IMG/VR virus record: IMGVR_UViG_3300048893_000042 | Location: 13,382 to 77,381 of that record | From: a virus | Lineage: Duplodnaviria > Caudoviricetes | Length of the DNA stretch: 64,000 nucleotides | Reading direction: 5' to 3' (one strand) | Shown here: positions 61,208 through 64,000 of the stretch, piece after piece | Layout of the letters: each line of letters opens with the position of its first letter | Position numbering within the stretch: the stretch's first letter is position 1 | Notes under the pieces: generated by a model | The model's input: the letters and a program-made list of their open reading frames with translations, nothing else | What the model was told of the DNA's origin: nothing | Databases searched by the model: none | Made by a program: the position numbers and the translations under genes

Positions 61208-62562
61208 AGCGGCCTCCTGAGGTCCGACAGGGTCAGGGCCTTGGCCTGTCCGAGCAGCTCAGACCCACAGGGCACTGGACCCTTGTCACCGCAGGACAGG
61301 CACCCAGACGGGGGGCAGAACGCGAGCGGCATGAACTGGCCGCCGACCCGCGTGTGCATCGGGACGCGGTGCCCGTGGCACTGGTCTGAGGTGATGAACT
61401 CGGGTCCCATGGAGTGCCACGTGCCACCGGCCTTCGTGTACTCATAGCACAGGCTGTAGGTCATGCCCAGCTCGGTGGCGCGGCGCATGTAGCGGGTGTG
61501 GCCCTCGCGGCGGTACTCCTCGGTGATGGTCTTCTGCCCGCCACAGCTGTTCTCGGTGAACAGGTCGCGGAAGGCTGCCGCTCGGTTCTCACCGAAGCGC
61601 TTCGTCACCCGCTGGACCATTGCTGGTGCCCACGGGTGGTTGGCCTCCACGAACTTGACGATCACGTGGTTGGCGCCGGCCTCCGCGAGCATCCCAAACA
61701 GCTGCTCCACGTCATCGTGGGTCACGATCCCCGCGATGATGGGGTTGACCTGGATGGACACATAGATGCCCGCCGCCCGCAGCGCCCTGATCTCCTCCAT
61801 GTGGTCGAGCAGGGGCAGCGCGCCCGGCGACAGCCGCTTCCAGTCCTCCGGGTCCGGCGTGTTGATGCTCTTCTGGGCGTAGCTGTAGGGGTTCTTTCGC
61901 AGCAGGTCGAAGGCCCAGTCTGGGTAGGACAGCCGGCTGAGGAAGAAGATCGGCAGGCCCGCGTCCACGAACGCCTGAGCACCGCCCTGGGTGTTGTGGT
62001 AGAAGTCCTCCAGTGGCAGGAACGGGTCGGTGAAGCTGGAGAAGTAGCCCGCTGTGCTGACGTTCATCGAGGCCAGCTGTCGCCTGACCTGGGTGCCGTA
62101 GTCCAGGGGCACCGTGATGAGGCCTGAGCCCCGGTAGCCTCGGAAACCGCTGTTGATGTAGCAGAACGTGCAGCCCACGGTGCAGTATCCCCCATAGGGT
62201 TCCGTGAGGATGGCGTCTGTCATGCAGGGCCTCGTCCGGCCACCCGCGCCCTTCGGCTGCTTGCCCTGGTACCAGCCCTGGAGGTCCTTGCCCTTGCCGA
62301 GGCGGATGTGGGGCAGCGGGTCCAGGTACACGTCCGTGGTCGTCATGTTCTCCGGCTTCTGGCCCCGGAGGGTTGAGACCTTGGAGCCGCGACGCACACG
62401 CATCTGCCGGCCCGTGACCGGGTCCTCGATGTGCTCGATCTCACCCAGCAGCTCGCGCATCGCTGGGTCAGGCCTCATGTAGTACTGGTAGGCCTGGACA
62501 GCCGCCTCATCCGCCCCGTCCAAGCCGTCGCGCAGCCACGCTGCATGGTCCATTTGTGTCAA
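61204..62562 (-). CDS. Radical SAM enzyme (M6 gp53-like, inferred)
   Basis: YGGYCTVGCTFCY (CxxxCxxC), YFSSFTDPF, VNPII.G, Cys-rich C-terminus; next to AADT and PLP genes. Confidence 0.88.
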   Translation of the reverse strand: MTQMDHAAWLRDGLDGADEAAVQAYQYYMRPDPAMRELLGEIEHIEDPVTGRQMRVRRGSKVSTLRGQKPENMTTTDVYLDPLPHIRLGKGKDLQGWYQGKQPKGAGGRTRPCMTDAILTEPYGGYCTVGCTFCYINSGFRGYRGSGLITVPLDYGTQVRRQLASMNVSTAGYFSSFTDPFLPLEDFYHNTQGGAQAFVDAGLPIFFLSRLSYPDWAFDLLRKNPYSYAQKSINTPDPEDWKRLSPGALPLLDHMEEIRALRAAGIYVSIQVNPIIAGIVTHDDVEQLFGMLAEAGANHVIVKFVEANHPWAPAMVQRVTKRFGENRAAAFRDLFTENSCGGQKTITEEYRREGHTRYMRRATELGMTYSLCYEYTKAGGTWHSMGPEFITSDQCHGHRVPMHTRVGGQFMPLAFCPPSGCLSCGDKGPVPCGSELLGQAKALTLSDLRRPL

Positions 62563-63020
62563 TCCTTCTGAAGTCGCCTTGCCTTGTCCTGGGCCGCAGA
62601 CAGAAGCTGCTCATAGTTCTCACGCTGGCTGGGAAACATCGTCAGCAGCCCCTCCAGCACCCCCTCGGTGCTGCCGTGTTCGTCCACCCGGGCCTGGGCC
62701 AGCAGGGACAGAACCGCCTCCACTGGGATCAGGACGCTCATGACGTTCACCGGGTCGGAGGTCACCCTCTCAACCACCACGGTGCCGTCCTCGTAGCTCT
62801 TGACCCACCGCCAGGGCACCCCATCGAGGTGCTCCCAGTCGGTGAAGTCAGTGAACCGACCCATGACCTCATCCCGCTGCTCCTGGGTGGGCTCATGGTA
62901 GTGAACATCAACCACTGCCTGGCAGATTGACTTCCACCCCACATGGAGGGTCGTCCCCTGGCCGTCGCCGAGGGTCGTCAGCACAAACCACTTGCCGCTG
63001 AGAGGATGCTGCTCACTCAT
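62559..63020 (-). CDS. Hypothetical protein
   Basis: ATGA couplings. Confidence 0.65.
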   Translation of the reverse strand: MSEQHPLSGKWFVLTTLGDGQGTTLHVGWKSICQAVVDVHYHEPTQEQRDEVMGRFTDFTDWEHLDGVPWRWVKSYEDGTVVVERVTSDPVNVMSVLIPVEAVLSLLAQARVDEHGSTEGVLEGLLTMFPSQRENYEQLLSAAQDKARRLQKD

Positions 63021-63517
63021 CTCTTCGTCCTCATCCTGACCCACGTGCTCAGGCGCTCAGTGATCAGCTGGCACCCCTGACGCCACTGCGGGTGGTTCAC
63101 CTCAACCTCGTGGACCTCATGGAGCACCGCTGCCAGGGGCAGGTTCTCCCCCAGGTGAGGTTCCTGCTCCAAGTCGGCATAGAGGGTGGCCTGGGCCGCG
63201 TCGAAGAACCTGGCCTTCGCGGCATCGGTCCAGTCCACCTCATGCTGCACGGTGGGCATCGGCCTGGGTGGAATAACCTCAAGCAGCCGGAGCAGCCGGC
63301 GCTCGGCCTCGCGCGCCGCCCTGAGCTCCCAGGCCAGGGACATGATCATGTTGCTGCCCGGCGTGCTCGTCAGGTCCAGCCACCTCTCGCCATACCTCAG
63401 GGCACGGCAGTGACCGCTGCTGTCCTGGATCACCGTGTACTTGTTCCCATCCACGTCAACGCGCAGGCTCTCAGTCGCTGGCTCCGAACCCCTCATCTCG
63501 ATCACCCTATGTTCCAC
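63017..63517 (-). CDS. Hypothetical protein
   Basis: DGNKYTVIQD....ALRYGERW.D. Confidence 0.65.
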   Translation of the reverse strand: MEHRVIEMRGSEPATESLRVDVDGNKYTVIQDSSGHCRALRYGERWLDLTSTPGSNMIMSLAWELRAAREAERRLLRLLEVIPPRPMPTVQHEVDWTDAAKARFFDAAQATLYADLEQEPHLGENLPLAAVLHEVHEVEVNHPQWRQGCQLITERLSTWVRMRTKR

Positions 63518-63999
63518 ATCAGGGCCTCACCGTACTGCTGGATGCCCGTTCTCATCCACCACTGGAAGGCCTTCAGGTCATAGAACTGGTTGCAGGGGAA
63601 GGGTGGTCGGTCAACGTACCTCGCCCGGTCGGCATAGGCGTAGCCCTCGTCGATCACCCGCACGCAGAGGCCCCGCTTCCCGAAGTGCCAGCCACCGCAC
63701 CCAACCTCTTCCCCCGGCTCAGCGATCATCTTGGACATGTAGCTCACCACCGCACCGGGGGGTCGCGAGTAGCCCATGTGGACCAGCAGGTGCCCGCTCC
63801 ATCCCTCGGTCAGCAGGCCCTGGAGGACGCCAGCAGCTATCGTGCCGGAGCTGGCGGAGACGAGCACGGCACCGACCTTCGGCAGGGTAGTGCGCTGCAG
63901 TTCGTTCCGTGTCTCCTCGACACTCTCCGGCAGCTTCAGTGCATTGGGCATCATGTAGCCACCGGCTGACTGGACTGCGGCCTTGGCCTGGTGGTAGAG
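63502..63999 (-). CDS. PLP-dependent enzyme, fold type II (M6 gp52-like, inferred); 5' end outside window
   Basis: Frame open to window edge (LYHQAKA...YMMPNALKL); VLVSASSGTIAAG; FPCN.FYDLKA..W; LMWNIG. Confidence 0.78.
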   Translation of the reverse strand, partial: LYHQAKAAVQSAGGYMMPNALKLPESVEETRNELQRTTLPKVGAVLVSASSGTIAAGVLQGLLTEGWSGHLLVHMGYSRPPGAVVSYMSKMIAEPGEEVGCGGWHFGKRGLCVRVIDEGYAYADRARYVDRPPFPCNQFYDLKAFQWWMRTGIQQYGEALMWNIG

Positions 64000-64000
64000 G

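Larger units (their letters stand above)
1..64000. mobile_element. Tailed dsDNA bacteriophage (siphovirus-type) genome segment
   Basis: Terminase, portal, capsid, tail tube, tape measure, endolysin and DNA polymerase genes in phage-type order with coupled start/stop overlaps; no host housekeeping genes or integrase seen. Confidence 0.97.

Noticed and set aside
1-64000. tRNA, rRNA, integrase/att, introns, inteins, IS elements, stop-codon reassignment
   Set aside because: No cloverleaf or T-loop signature seen by eye, no recombinase motifs, PolA/NrdJ/TerL are uninterrupted and of normal size, and all three stops terminate genes; a tRNAscan/Infernal run would be the decisive check

Overview
A 64-kb segment of a high-GC tailed dsDNA phage (siphovirus type), with no host chromosomal genes, integrase, tRNA or CRISPR array visible. 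1-26.8 kb (minus strand): a lambda-like head module (terS, terL, gpW, portal, ClpP protease/scaffold, decoration, E-family capsid), then tail genes, tail fibres and a DUF3380 endolysin. 26.9-27.7 kb: a non-coding, motif-rich divergent gap that is a candidate cos/origin region. 27.8-50 kb: small accessory genes. The 32.4-37.4 kb (+) and 37.5-49.9 kb (-) blocks converge, and each is headed by one copy of the same ungapped 118-bp element (32283-32400 and 49900-50017, inverted, 90/118 identical by hand) set in a cluster of CAAGT boxes. 50.1-64 kb (minus strand): family A DNA polymerase, class II RNR and a thymidine-hypermodification cluster resembling that of Pseudomonas phage M6 (dUMP hydroxymethylase-type TS, amino acid:DNA transferase, radical SAM, PLP enzyme). 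That cluster also contains dCTP deaminase, an HD hydrolase, a DUF1599 protein, two paralogous P-loop kinases, a UDG-fold protein and an apparently frameshifted PRTase. All family assignments come from motifs recognised by eye; no database search was run. Several starts were moved to downstream codons with better RBS or stop-start coupling than the ORF track.
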